In this document: positions 22,402 through 36,800 of the stretch, piece by piece | Position numbering within the stretch: position 1 is the first letter of the stretch | Layout: each line of letters opens with the position of its first letter | From: Azolla caroliniana | Lineage: Eukaryota; Plantae; Polypodiophyta | Reading direction: 5' to 3' | DNA length: 64,000 nucleotides | Assembly: GCA_043228905.1 (NCBI GenBank) | Contig: JBHGNT010000002.1 | Span: forward strand, 11,408,001 to 11,472,000 | The notes under the pieces: generated by a model | The model's database searches: none | What the model was told of the DNA's origin: nothing | What the model saw: only the letters and a program-made list of their open reading frames with translations | Position numbers and translations under genes: made by a program

Positions 22402-25400
22402 CGGTAGTGTCTTTGCCCTTGCTCTCCCCCTCAAGTGCGGCACGTCGAGATGCTGAACATCAAGCATTTTGGTAAAGTGCTGCAACTTGTCCAACCCAAG
22501 TGGCTTGGTGAAGATGTCTGCAACTTGCCAATCCCTGTGAACATACCGTAGTTCAACTTCACCGCTCAGGACCCGCTCACGCACGAAGTGATAATGCACT
22601 TCTATGTGCTTTGTGCAAGCATGGAACACAGGGTTCTTGGCGAGCTGCATGCTGCTGAGGTTATCGCAGTAGATCAGGATCGGGGTCGGTACCTCGATCC
22701 GCAAGTCTTGCAATAGTCGTCGAAGCCAAATGGCCTCGCAGGTGGCAACGGTCGCGCCCCGGTATTTAGCCTCAGTGCTGGATAGAGCCATTGTTGGCTG
22801 CTTTTTGCTGCTCCACGCAACAGTCGCGCTCCCAAGAGAAAACATAAAACCGGAAGTTGAGCGACGATCCGTTGCATCGCCAGCCCAGTCGGCATCCGTA
22901 TAGCCAACAAGCTCTTCGGTTATACCTTGCCGGTATAAGAGCCCCCGGTCCTTAGTGCCGCTAACATACCTCAGTATTCGTTGCACGCACTGAAGGTGCT
23001 CCACGGTCGGCTTCTGCATGAATTGGCTTACCACTACGACCGGATAGCTAATGTCGGGCCGGGTGATGGTCAAGTAGATCAGGCTTCCGACTATTTGTCA
23101 AAACCTTTTCTCATCGCAGGCTGGTCCGGAGTTGGGACAGATCTTTTGATTCCGGTCCAGGGGTGTGGAGACAGGTCGGCATTCTGTCATGCCGAACTTG
23201 TATAGTATATTCAACACATAATGGCGTTGAGAAAGAAATATGCCGTCGGGGGTGCGGATCACCTAGATCCCCAAAAAATAATGAAGGTCCGACAACTGGG
23301 ACTTGACGCGGTTGATTTCCGGAAGACCTGGGTTGGTGATGACTAAATCATCAACATAGAGTAAGATACATACCGAACCGTTTGAGCCTTGTTGGATGAA
23401 CAGGGAAGAGTCCGACTTAGAGGCAACAAACCCCATCTTTCGCAACCGGTGCATGATCTTAGCATTCCAAGCACGGGGGCTTGCTTCAAGCCGTACAACG
23501 ACTTCCTCAGCCGGCATACCGCCGACTTGTTCACCTCCGACTGAAATCCGGGGGGCTGAGTCATAAAGACTTCTTCTTCAAGATCTCCTTGAAGGAAGGC
23601 ATTCTTCACATCCATCTAATGAAGATGCCACCCCCTTGCCGCAGCAACCGCTAGTACCACATGAACCGTCATCATCTTCGCTACAGGAGCAAAGGTCTTG
23701 TTCTGGTCGATTCCGTGGGTCTGCGCATATCCCTTCGCCACTAACCAGACCTTGTACCCGTTAACTGTACCGTCAGCATTGTACTTTACCTTGTACACCC
23801 ACTTGCATCTGATCGGTTTACAGTGACGGGGAGGTTCAACCAGTGCCCGCATTTCTTCCTCCATAGCGGCACGCCAATTTGCGTCCTTTGCCGCTTCTGC
23901 GTAGCTCTCTGGCTCACGCACTTCTGCGACCTTGGTCATGTACGCATAATGATGCGCCATGTACTCGTTATACCCGTACTGTTTAACAAGATCCTTCTGG
24001 CGGGTGGACCGGCGTAACTCACCGTTACCCAGTATGAGACCCTTCTTGGCCGGTTTGGTCTTCGTTCTCAAAGATCTGCCTATGTCCTTGCCGAAGTCAG
24101 ATACGCACCGATCCGACTCATCATTGCCGGTCTCGAATTCCGGCATCTTCTGCTTCCCTTTCTCTTTGCGTGTGAACCGTCTCCTCGGTTCCTTGCGCGG
24201 GGAGAGCACAACAGAGTCTCCACTACTCGCTGACTCATCATCCAACTGGTTGGACTGATCCAGTCTCTCATTCGGTCCGCTTAATCGGAATGATTCCTGA
24301 CTCTCATCTTGAGTCCTGGCTTCATCTTTCTCTACCTGGGCTGGTTCAGGCTCACTAGCCCCATCCTCCGACATCGGGTCGGGATCGGAAGTCGGAGTTG
24401 GTAAGTAATACCACGATGCCGATTCTTCAAACTCGACATCTCGGCTGACTCGGTCCTACTTCGTCCAGGGGTTATAACACATATATCCCTTTTGCTCTTG
24501 AGCATAGCCGACTAGGATGCATTTTTCCGATTTTGCATCCAGCTTTCTCCGCTTCTCATCCGGCACATGTACATAGGCTATGCTGCCGAATATCCGGAGG
24601 TGTCCCAAATTTGGCTTGCGCCCAAAATACAGCTCGTGAGCTGACACCTTGTCCCCGATCCGGTTCTGGATGTAAACGGCCATTTGGACCGCCTCCGCCC
24701 AGTAGAACTTGGGCATGCTCTTTTCCTCCAGCATTGCCCTAGCCGCGTCAATCAGCGACCGATTCTTCCTTTCGGCCACACCATTCTGTTGCGGTGTGTA
24801 TCTGCAGTTGAATTCTCGCCGAATCCCTTTTTGTTGCAGATAGCTGTTGAATTGACTAGAAAAGTACTCTTTTCTGCCATCCGACCGTAGGCATTTGATC
24901 TTCCTCTCCGATTCCCGTTCCACCATCTTCTGGAGGCTCCGGAAACACTCGAAGACTTTGCTCTTCCGCTCAATGAGGTAGATCCACGTATCCCGCGTGT
25001 AGTTGTCGATGAAGGAGATGAAATATCGACTCCCACCAATGCTAACATTTTGTGCCGGTCCCCACACATCCGAATGGATAAGATTGAGCTTGTTACGGCT
25101 TCGATTTCTTTCGGTGGGGAATGGAAGCCGGTGTTGCTTCCCGAGTTGGCAGGCTTCACAATCTGGGCTCTCCGGCCGCTAAACTTCGGCAAACCGAAAA
25201 CGACTTGTTCCGTTTGCAGGACTTGAAGCCTCTGGTAGTTGACGTGGCCGATCCGCTTGTGCCACAGGTCGATATCCGACTCGATCTTCTGTCCTTTGGT
25301 GAACAGTGCGGTGCCGACATCATTGGTGTTGAGGATAAACATCCTCCCATCTCTGCGCCCTTGCGCAATAACTTCGCCCTCATCCTCAATGAAGCACCCG

Positions 25401-27171
25401 AGGTGCGTAAACAGCACCTGCATCCCCTAGTCGACGATTTGTCCGACTGACACCAGGTTCTTCGTGATCGTCAGAACATGTAATACATTCATCAGCTTCC
25501 CCCTCTATCTGACGTGGCTCAAAGGGACTTCTCTGACGTGCACGATCGGGTGGGGAGTGTCATCTCTGGTTTCGACAACTCCCGGTTGATCCGGCTTCTC
25601 CAAAAAGGAGAACCACTCCTCGTGGCTCATCATGTGGTTTGTTGCGCCGGAGTCAACGTACCACACTTCCTCCGATTTGGAAGTGGTCTTCTTCATTGAG
25701 TTTGCCTTGTGCTTCATCACCAGGGCTGGCCCCTTACCATTGTTGGATCCTCCCGATCCGTTTGCGTAGTGCGAGCTTTGTCGGCCTTCCTTACCGGTCT
25801 TGCCGGATCCGGATTTGTCCGTATCGGCATGCTTTCTTCAACACTCGCTTTCCCTGTGGCCCTTTTTGCCAGAGTACCAGCATTCTGTAGCAGATTTGTC
25901 TTGCCGGCCTCCGGCACCACCTTGACTCCCTCTGCTTGTGGAAGTCTCGGAATTGCTGTCGACACGCTCACTGTGCCTTCGTTCCTGCTCTTGCCGGCTG
26001 CCTCCATTGCGTGCCGACCTGCCTCGTCCACCACGCCCACAGGACCGATCCGCTCCCGTGTCTGGGGATGCATTGGTAGATGCACCGGCGTGGTTCTCCT
26101 CTACAAGGAGCCTCGACTGTAAGTCGAAAAATGAGGGCGTATTCTCCCTTGTACAAACCGCAGTCCGGAAAGCTCTAAACTTGGACGCCAGGCCTCCAAG
26201 ACAGACCTGCACCATCTTGTCTTCCTCTACGGTGACGTTAATAGAGGCAAGCGAGTCACAGATCCCTTTGATCCGGGCTGTGTAATCTGCCACCGACATG
26301 TTCTTCTATCGAACATTGCTCAATTCCTGTCTGAGTTGTAGCTTCCGGGCAGTGGTGCTTGCAGCGAAAACCTTTTTCAAGTTTCCCCAAGCATCCTTCG
26401 GTGTCTTGGCGTCACGGATATGGCTGAGCAGCTGGTCACTAACACTGGACGCAAAGCACTACATCACCTTGCTTGCCGCCTGTTCCTACATTGGGAAGTC
26501 CTTGTGTGTCGTCTCCGGTGCTGAGTCGTTCACTCCATCGACATAACTCCAGTAGCCATGCCCAAGCAGGTACGAGTGCATCTTGTATGACCAAGATGCG
26601 TAGTTGGTTCTGTCGAGCTTCTCCACCGGGAGCGACGTAGCCATACCTCTGTCCATTTCTCCTTTTGTGTCTGCTTTCCGATCTGTTAGGGTTTCCTTCA
26701 CAAGTGTAGATGTCTGCAGCAGAGGTTCTCAACCCAGGCGCTTTGATACCATGTGAAAGATTGCTTGCGGAAGCGTTAGAAAGAACAATACACAAAGAGA
26801 GAGAGAGAGAAAGAGAGAGACAGAGAGAGATAGAGAGACACACTATTTTCCAAAATTATATGAATACTCTGTGCTCTGTATCTACAACGCGCTCATCAGA
26901 GCTATTTATACAAGTCCACACGGGACTGTTAGAAGTACGGTGTACTTCAATGCTCACACGAGCATCTGACACTAACTACGAGACTATAACTGCCTAGTAG
27001 TCTAACCTATACTAGGCTTCCGGTTACGGATTGGATCCAGCATACCGGCTCCCCAACTCACCGGTCCTTACTGCTTACCGGCTTGGTTGCTCACTGTCAT
27101 ACCGATTCATCTTACTTACCGGCTCAGGCTTATTCAGCCAATCCGGCTCCGGTTGAGCTTGCCGCTCAACA
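22402..27171 (-). mobile_element. Ty1/Copia element lacking its 3' LTR (5' LTR 26752-27171, PBS 26739-26751, gag-PR-IN-RT-RH)
   Basis: WYVDSGATNHM, LWHKRIGH, SDGRKEY...[46 protein letters not shown]. Confidence 0.9.
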
Positions 27172-30100
27172 CTTTCTGAAGATCCGCCTTCTTCCTTTCC
27201 GGGGTAATATCCGCTCCAATCCGATTCTTCAGTGCCGGTGTCGTATTCCGGCATCTTCTTCTTCTCCTTCTCTTTGCGCGTTGTCGTGTTGTTACACTCA
27301 CGCGTATGAAATAAGGTAGGACCGCAGGGGACCTGAACCGAGGAGCGTGAGAGATAAGAGGAAGAGAGATTGCCAGGAACACAAAGAGACAGAAACGAAA
27401 GAATCCATTCCAATAACAATATAGATTACAACTTGCAAGGTTACAACCGGCAAGTTGGTGACAGACTCAACACAGACGAACACCCACACTGAAATACATG
27501 GTGGAGCCTGTACCGGAAGCATACGGGCTTTCACGCAACAGAGGCAACCAACCTAACCCAAAATCCCTGCAACAATGATGGTGGAGGAGAGGGCTCGGTT
27601 CCCAGTCCGACAGCACTTCGTCCTCTCAAAACAAAAACGCGTCATCCCCACTCTCCCCTTTTTCCTCTCCTTTTATAGCACAAGGAGAGAGAGTCGTTAC
27701 AGACTGTTACATCACTTTTCTTCTCTGTCCTTCCGGACAAAGATCCTCTTCGATCCCCTACTTAACGAATTCGTGCTACCTAGGATAATTACATCGCCGA
27801 CCTATACTTAACTATGTAAATACATCAAAACATGTCCTCGTGTGTAAGGGCCGGTTCGCGCACACTACACACTGATTCCTCCTAGGGACAGTTTTCTCCA
27901 CGACATCTGCTCCCACCTAACCGCGCATCCTCCGGTATGCGCCAAAATAGACTTCTGCCTGAGAAGACCAGCCCGCGATTATCTTTGACTCTCCGGTTCG
28001 CCACCCACTCCGAACCGGTCATCGTCGTCATCCTCACTCCCCGGGTCCGGCTCGTCCTCGTGCCGCTTCTTGAACTCCTTGATCTGCTTCCCTGCTACCG
28101 GAACTATTAACCGCGTCCCGTTGAGCTCTGCAAGATGGTAGGTGCCATTGTCATTCGCGCTCGTTACGACGTAGGGCCCGAACCACCTTCTTGCGAATTA
28201 GCGCATCATCTTGTGCTAGTTGTCGACGTTGTTGTCATACACCAGCACCCAATCGCCTTCTTCGATCTTCTTTGGCCGCAGCCGGTGTGTCCGGTCGAAC
28301 CGGCCTTTTTTCCTCTCCCTCGCCGTTTGCAGCTTCGCCTTTGCCCATTCCACGTCCTCCGGCCTTTGCTCGAGCTATCTAATCTGCACCGCCAACAGCT
28401 CTTCCCGGCTCATCTCGTTCCTCCAATCTATCGCCGCCCAGGAGGAAATTGTCTGTTCCACCGGCATGACCGGTTTCTGCCCGTACATTAGCTCTACCGG
28501 CATGTACCTGATCACTAAACTATGCGTCGTCCGGTTTGCCCATAGTGCGTAAGGAAGGAGCCATGGCCAATTCCCGACCTGTCCTCCGCATGCGCGTACT
28601 AAAGCCTTCACGATCGGCCTGTGTCCACGTTCTACCTTTCCATTCGCCTCCAGGTTCTACGCCGTAGTGAGAGAGACCTTCACCCCTAACATGTCCAGTA
28701 GCTCTTCACCTTCCTGCGCGTCCAGCTCCCCCCAATCTACCACAATCTTTCCTACGCACCTGTACCGGCACACCACCTCCTCAATCAGGAATCGGCACAC
28801 CACCGCAATCATCTTATTCTGCAGTGCACGACCCTCCACTTGGTTCGTCAAGTCTTCTCACACAAGCACCAAGTACCGCATCTGTCCTACCCCCATCGGC
28901 ATCGTCACCAAATCTACCATCCACTTGAAATGGATGGTCGGCGGGTAGGTCGGGTGCAGCTCGTCTCGATGCCGGATCGTGGAGTACATCTGGCAGCTTT
29001 CGCACGTCGTCACAAACTGTTGCACGTCCCAGTATAGCCCCGGCCACCAATACTTCTCCTTTAGCTTCTCGAATGTGGCCCAAGTCCTGCGGTGACCGAC
29101 CCAAGGACTCTCGTGGTACGCCGCGAGCAGCATCTCCCGCTCCTCCTTTCCTACCACTACTCGTAGTGGGACGCCACCTCTCTTCTTCAGATGCTTCCAT
29201 AGGGTCCCATCCCGCAGGAAGAACCGGTACGCTTTCTTCCGGACCTGGTTAGCTTCGTCTTTCGTCCACACGGCGTCCGACGTCATTGTCTCCAGAAATC
29301 TACCGATCCTGAGCCACTCCCCTTCGTATTCACCCTCACGAAACTCATTAATCACTGGGGTGCTCGTTACCCTTGTCAGGTAAGCCGACTCGAAGAAGTC
29401 CTTGCCAACTTCTTCGTCCTTCGAAACCATGTTGTCCTCATCATCGAACCGCGCTCTCAAAAGCATGTCGGCCATGGCGTTGTTCTTTCCGGAGATGTGC
29501 CGTATCTCCGGATTCAGGGACTTGATGTACGCGATCTACCTGAGCATGGCCAGGTCCGGCATCGCGCATCCGGAAACCATTCCGAGGATCGGTAGGCAGT
29601 CTGTCTCGATTATTACCTCTGTCCTGATAAGATAAGCTTTGTCAGTCTTGACTTCCGAAACAATACCCCAGAGCTCGTGCTTAACTTGGGTGTATCCTCG
29701 ATGTCCTTCACCAAGTACCTTCGCTCCGAACCAGATAGGGAACCGTGTGCCTCCCTCGTCTTCCTGATTGATCACCCATCCTATCCCAGTTGGGCTCGTA
29801 TCTACGGTTACATAGATTGGAGCATTCTTGTCGTAAACCACTTTACAGAGTGCCGGTGCCGCGGTAAGCGCTTCTTTCAATCTCCGGACCGACTCTGTAT
29901 TTTCCTCGCCCCAGTCGAATTTGCCCCCTTTCTTTAGCAGACCATAGAGTGGTTCCGCGATGTGTGCGCAATGCGGAACCTAGATTTGGTAGAACGCACA
30001 CGCCGCCAAGAACCTCCGCACCTCCGTTACAAACTTGCATTCCTCCTTCATCACGGAAATGGCTTCGACCTTTGCCGGAGACGATTTCCGGCCATAAGGC

Positions 30101-30885
30101 CCGCACAAGTGACCGACCACTAAGATTTCTGATTGACCGAAAGCCGATTTTTCTTCGGAGAAGGTGAGTCGCGCGCTCTCTAGCCTTTGTAGCACCCTTT
30201 CGCAGTCTTTGATGTGGTCCACAACAAATCTTCGGCAGTCGTCCAGTGCAACCGTCTCATCCTTATCCTCCACCGGACACCCTTTTATCGGTATGTCGTC
30301 CAAAAACGGCATGGTGATGTTCGGGATGCAATCTCTCAGCACTTTGTTCATAGCGTTCACCATGTGCGCCACCGAGTTGGTCCCTCCTAGCGGCAAGGTA
30401 CACATCCACACTAGGCCGAGAGGAGTCTGCATCGTCGTAATATCCCTGCTCTCCACGGCTAGTTGGAATTGGTCGTACCCCAAGAATAGATCCCCGACCG
30501 AATAGATCGACCTTCGAATGAAGGCCTCTACAAACTCGTCGATCGTCGGTCTGACTCCTGCATTCTGAATGGTCACTTTATTGACCAGCTACAGGTCCTG
30601 AATGAAGCGCAGCATGCTGTTCTTCTTTGGCACAGTAAACCACCGATTTGAATATGGGGCACTCGATGGTTCGACGATGCCCATCTCCACTTTCTGCTTC
30701 AGTAGTTCCATCAACTTCGGGATGTGAGCTCTGGGTACCGGAATTGGTTTGAGATTCCACAACACATGCGGCACCGTGAATATCACCATCGGTTCTACGA
30801 TCGTCGGGTCCACGCACCCGATTTCCTCCGGTGAGAATGTGAAGGCTTTCCCGTGCCTTCCGAGCATCCTCCGAAACCGTTCCTT

Positions 30886-33846
30886 TGTCACAGATCATAA
30901 GCTCAAGAGACAAGCAAGAAGATAACCAAATGGACAAGAAAGAAGATAGTATTAAAGGAAAGACTCCATAACTGGTGTTGTTCACCTTGAATTCCTTCAA
31001 GGTGAACTCCTCTATTTATACTACATGGCATGCATACTTGTTGCACGCATGTGAATCTACAATAGAGCATGTAGGTATGCATGCATGTGTCAAGTGTAAA
31101 TACTACAAGGGAGCAACTATGCACATGATGCTAGCAAAATAATAAGGATCAATTACATACATAACTATGTACTAGATATCTTGGTTAACTCATAATACTA
31201 GATTATAACATGGTCGTGTCAAGAGATCGAATCTTGACATTATCCCCCCTCCTACGCCGCCTTCCTAAATCGGCTGCTGGTTTGTGGGGATATCGGTGAT
31301 GAAAACCTTGGATGACCTCTGGGGCATTTTGTAAATTTTCCGATGGTTCCCACGTGGCCTCAGACATGGGGTAACCCCTCCATAGGACGAGGTATTGCAA
31401 GTGTCGACGGTGCCAACGCGAGTGAAGGATTTGGTCAACCTCGTATTCCTCCCCTGTCGTCAATTGCACAGGTGGTGGTGGTGGGGCCTGACGTCCTGGG
31501 AGTTGTGAAGCATAATGGGGTTCGAGGAGGAAGACATGAAAAACATCGTGAATCCGGAAGTGGGATGGAAGGGCGAGCCGGAAGGTGACGGGATTGATGC
31601 ACTCAATGATACGGAATGGTCCCAACTTCTTGTAATCAAGTTTCGCACATGGATGAGTAGTAGAGATGTGTCGACGTAACAACCAGACCATGTCTCCAAC
31701 GACAAAATGTGGAGTGGAAGATCGATGGCGATCAGCCTGCTTCTTGTATCGTTCACTAGCAAGACTAAGCTCCAAGGATAAATCATGATGTAGTTCTTCC
31801 AAAATGCGGGTGCGATCCTCTACCGAAGGGTTCACGGAAGTGGTAGGAAGGGAAATGTTGAAGCGAGGATGTAAACCATAGTTGGCAAAGAAGGGAGTGA
31901 CGCCAGTCGATGCATGGAGAGAATTATTGTAGGCGAATTCCGCGAGCGAAAGTAAGTTGACCCAATCATCTTGTTGGTAACTAACCGAGCACCGAAGATA
32001 CTGCTCAAGGATTTGGTTGACACGCTCCGTTTGCCCATCAGTTTGGGGGTGATAAGCGAAGGACAACTTGACAGAGATGCCTAAAGTTTGTAGCAGGCGC
32101 TGCCAGAAGTGAGAGACAAACTGGGATCCACGATCCGAGATGACATCATCGGGGAGTCCATGCAAGCGTACCACATTGTTGAGTAGGAGATGCACCATTG
32201 CTTCTCCAGAAATGGTTTTGGAGCATGGAGTGAAGTGAGCCATCTTCGTAAACCGATCGACAACTACCAACACCGAGTCATATCTATTGACCAAGGGTAG
32301 ATCAGTTATCAGGTCCATAGAGATGGAAGCGGCTGTAGTAAGCCGTATGGCCGATGATGAATGGCTTTGGAGTGAGCACAAACCTCACAACTCTTTATGT
32401 ATTCTTTGACCAACTTCCATGGTTGTGGCCACCAATACCCCCAAGAGATTAGCTCGAGGGTTTTCGCGACCCCAAAATGACCTGCAAGTGGGTCATCGTG
32501 GCATTCCCGCAACACCCGGGTGCGACATGGGCCCTCTGGGACGTATAAGAGATGATCTCGGAACAACAAACCCTCTTGTATGGTGAAGGTGTCAAGATCC
32601 TTCCTTTTGGTCGCCTTGGAGGGGTTTCGCAGACTATCTCAAATCTCGTTGGCGAACGCATCGGTCTTGGATGCATCAGTGATTTGTTGGAGTAAAGAAT
32701 CATCCTGCAACATACAAGTGGCAAAAAGATGCAATTTGTCGGGTTTCAACAAACGTCTAGATTGTTGAGCATAAGCAGCATCCCCAGGGCGGAGTGCAAG
32801 GTTAGCTCGGCGAGAAAGGGCATCAGCCTTCCCATGTTGGCCACCAGGTCGAAATACGATCTCAAAATCGTAGTCGGTGAGAAATGTCGACCAACGGGCT
32901 GCCTTCGATTCAAAGTACGAGTGGTGGAAAAATAAACTAAACTTTTATGATCAATCACTACCTGGACACGATGTTGTGCACCGGCCAAGTAGGGTCGCCA
33001 TTCTTCAAAGGCAGCAATGATAGCAGCAAGCTCCTTGTTGTAAATGGGATAATTGATTTCGGATGCTGTAAATTTTCAGGAATAGTAAGGCACTGGGTGC
33101 ATTAGGTTGTTGTCGTCTGCTTGGGATAAGATGGCACCAATGGCAAAGTCAGAGGCATCGGTTTCGACTTGGAAGGGTTTTGTGGGGTCGGCATGTAGCA
33201 GCACCGGGGTAGTGATGAATGCGTGTTTGAGTGAGTCGAACACATATTTGCGCCTCCGAGGTCCATAAAAATGGAGTGCCTTTATGGGTGAGAGCGATAA
33301 GAGGTTGTGCTAGGGTGGAAAACCCCTTGATGAAGCGACGGTAAAAATTCGCGAAGCCGAGGAAGGATTGCACATCTTTAAGTCACCTTGGAGTCGCCCA
33401 CGCCTGAATGACAGAGACCTTCTTCATATCTATGGTGATGCTAGTGGGCGAGATGATGTAGCCTAGAAATTCGATCGAGGTACGGTCGAATTCGCATTTC
33501 TCGCCTTTGGCATAAAGGCCATGCTCGCGAAGTTTAGCAAGAACTAATCAGACTTGGTGAGAAAATGAGAATATCATCGAGGTAAATGACAACAAAAAGA
33601 TCAAGATATTCCTGGAATATATCGTTCATCATATGTTGAAAAACTACGGGAGCGTTAGTAAGACCAAAAGGCATTACCTTGTATTCGAAATGCGGTTTTC
33701 CATTCATCCCCCGGCTTGATGCGTACGAGATTGTACGCTCCACATAGATCAACTTTGGAGAAGACACGCGTAACTCGGAGCCGATCAAGGAGTTCGGGGA
33801 TCAAAGATAGCGGATAACGGTTGCGCACAGTGAGTTTGTTGAGACA
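30886..33846 (-). mobile_element. Chromodomain-bearing Ty3/Gypsy element, 5'-deleted (3' LTR 30886-31239, RT-RH-IN-chromodomain)
   Basis: Integrase ISMDLITDLP...SDRG...QTDGQTERVN, GPF motif and chromodomain EYEVDQIL...YLVLWRGY..SEATWEP. TSD TCCTT/TCCTC. Confidence 0.9.
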
Positions 33847-36800
33847 TCCTCCTCCACCGGCAGTAGAAACCCACCCCCACCAACCTTGAGCTCCCGCAAC
33901 GTTATGTCAGTGAACCGGTGTCCTATGCTGGCCGGATTCTGCAAACTTGGGTCGGACGTGACCCCCTTTATCCACTCCCTACGGCCCTCGGGCAAGGGAG
34001 CTGCGATTGGCCTCACCTTCCGGTCCACAATCTTGTACCTCGTATCCACGTGGGCCGTCTGATCAGACCTGACCCTTTCCCCAAGGTCAGCGATGACTTC
34101 GTACATCTCCACATAACTAACCGGAACCGTCCGGTCCTCACTGAGGCCTTCTACGAACACCTTTCGTAGTGCCACCAAGGTGTCCTCAAAAGAGACCGCC
34201 TCGACGGCGCCGCTAATTTCTTCATCGAGGGCGAGGACTCCGCACGTCCTGAGTCGTTCCTCCACTCGCTTCCTTTCCCGGCCGTTGATGTCGGTTATTG
34301 TACAGCCTCCGTTATCGGAGAAGCAAATTTTCCTTCCTATGGTACATGTGTGGGGTTTCTCCATGGTGCCCGGACTATCGCGGCCCCATGCCTTGATAGC
34401 CCTCTCTAAAAATCCCCTCGGTTATCGCCGCCGAGGGTCTCGCGATTACGCTCATGGTTCTCCCACACGGTCAGGAATTGGACGGAACGACATCTGTCTT
34501 GGCTTTTGACGTGCGCATACGCCAAACCGTTGTCAAGCACTTTGGTCTCCATGCACACCGCCGTTATGTATGGTTCGCCGAGAATCACCGGGTGTGAGGA
34601 CGTCGCCTGCACGAAGAAGTGTTGGTCAATCTCGACATCCCCAATCTTCACGCTTACATTTGGGCACGCCCCGTGCAGTTCCTCCGTAGTGCGTGTCACC
34701 GCACGTATTTTCCAGTCATTCTTGTAATGATGGGCCACTTCCCCTTTTTGTAGAAATCCATGGACATCAGGTTGATCACCAAGCCGTGGTCTATCAACGC
34801 CACCACCAGCTCCTGGACGTCACCGATCCGAACAGGGGTCTCTATCGTGGACCTGGCCCAGTGTAACTTCGAATAATGGCGTCCCGCCAACTCGTCCTCT
34901 AGGGTCATGTCTTCCAGGTGCATCGTCCGCACCTCCACAGGCTTGTCCAGTTCCAGCTCCATCGAGAGCCGCTTCCGCTTCACCAAGTCCACAATAGAAT
35001 CATGGAACTCCTTCTTTGCGATCCCAAGCATTTCCCGTAGCAACAGCTCAACCTTTCTGTCAAGAATCCGCTCCTCTAGGACCGTCCGTAGGTCCATGGT
35101 TCTTTCAATATCGGTGCTCAAACAGTAACCAACTTTCTTTGCTTTATCCGGTGTGCCGACAACACCGGCGTCATTCTGCTTTGGCCCGAACCAGGTCTCA
35201 TACCGCTACGAGGGTCCGGCCTCTCCGGCCTTTCCTGCACGCTTGTCTTCTACCAGAACCTCGTAGTTTTGGCACGCGGCTTCCACGAAGCCGGTCTTTT
35301 CTTCAACCAGATCGCTCCACCCGGTGACCTCCCGAACCCGTGTTTCCGCACAGTCTGCTTCCTCCCTTCTCAACCGCACGTCAGCGAGGCCTTCTAGCAC
35401 CACCGGCCAGAACCCGGAGTCTTTCATCTTCCGGCCTTCGTCACTCCCAACCCAAATTCCTGCCGACGTCGAGTAGTGGATGGTCTTTGCGTGGCGCATC
35501 GTTGCTTCTTCCATCAGTCTTTTCATTCCTCCCTGTCCGATATTCTCGCTACGTGCACCCTCCCATTCCATAGGTATACCACATTAGCCCTTATTGCTTC
35601 TGTGAAGTCCACGCAGTCCTTTTGGACGTGACCGACCGCGTCACACCACAAGCACCGATGCCCACCCGGAGGCCTTCGGTCACGAGGCTGCTCACCGCCG
35701 TCCCTCCTCGCTTATGCAATCTGGAGGTCTCGTACCATTTGCATCAGTTCTTCTAGAGCCGCTTTGCCCGACGGGCCCTTGACCCAGATGAGCCTCTCTC
35801 AAGCCAATCCCGGGTTTCCTCCTTGCGCGCCGGCGGGGGTCCCTCGAGGTTTCTTGCCGCAACTGCTCCTGCCTCCAACGAGCCCTTGTCGACCCACTCA
35901 CGCCATTTGTCGAAACGGCCGCAGACCCCTTTTACCAGGGCCCAGTCGGTCGTCACCCCATCGTCCGTCTCCAGCAAGAGACCCACTTGTTCCCGATCCC
36001 GCATGTCCACAACTTTGACGAACAAAAGTACACGGCTCGTGCCAGTACGGTCATGTCCAGTGCTGAGAGGCGTGGGAAGCGTTCCTCAAACTCCCAGAGG
36101 AGCGTCGACGCATTCCTCCGCTTTCCTGGGGTCTCCACCCAATCCATAAAGTCCCGCTTGAATAACCGAAGCGTGTCATCAAGCCCGTACCGTTCGAGGA
36201 GCCGTGCTTCAAATTCCCCCCAGGTCCGGCATCCAGCCTGAAAAAGATTATGTGCGGAAGCAATAGAAAACCGAACACAGAAAATAGGGAGGTTTAATGG
36301 AGAGCTTGAATATACACAGTACGTGGGAGAGACAAAGAGAACACACAGAAACTAAATTCAAAAAATAATACTCAATCTGTACATAGAATGTGCTCAGTGA
36401 GCACTTTTATACAAGTCCATACGGACTGACAGAAGTACTGACACGTACTTCAATACTCATAACTGAGCTCTACACTAACTCCCAAAATATATTCCTATGC
36501 GGAATATCTTTCCAACGGCCTCGCGGTTTACGAACCGCTACGGCTTCTCGTTACGCACCAGTTTGCGTAACGGTTTACACACCCATTTTACGCACAGGTC
36601 CGGCTTAACTGATCGGCCCCAACCGATCCGGTTCTCGGCTTGCACAATCGATCTGGCCAATGTTGAGCTTGTATCTCAACACTCCCCCTCAAGCTCAACT
36701 TGAGGTTCCATCTGCTCTTCCGAATCTGCACTCCGGTTCCTTCTAGCTTCATGCCTTGCTCGCGCTCCTGACCTGTTCGATTCCGCGTGCCTCGACCCTT

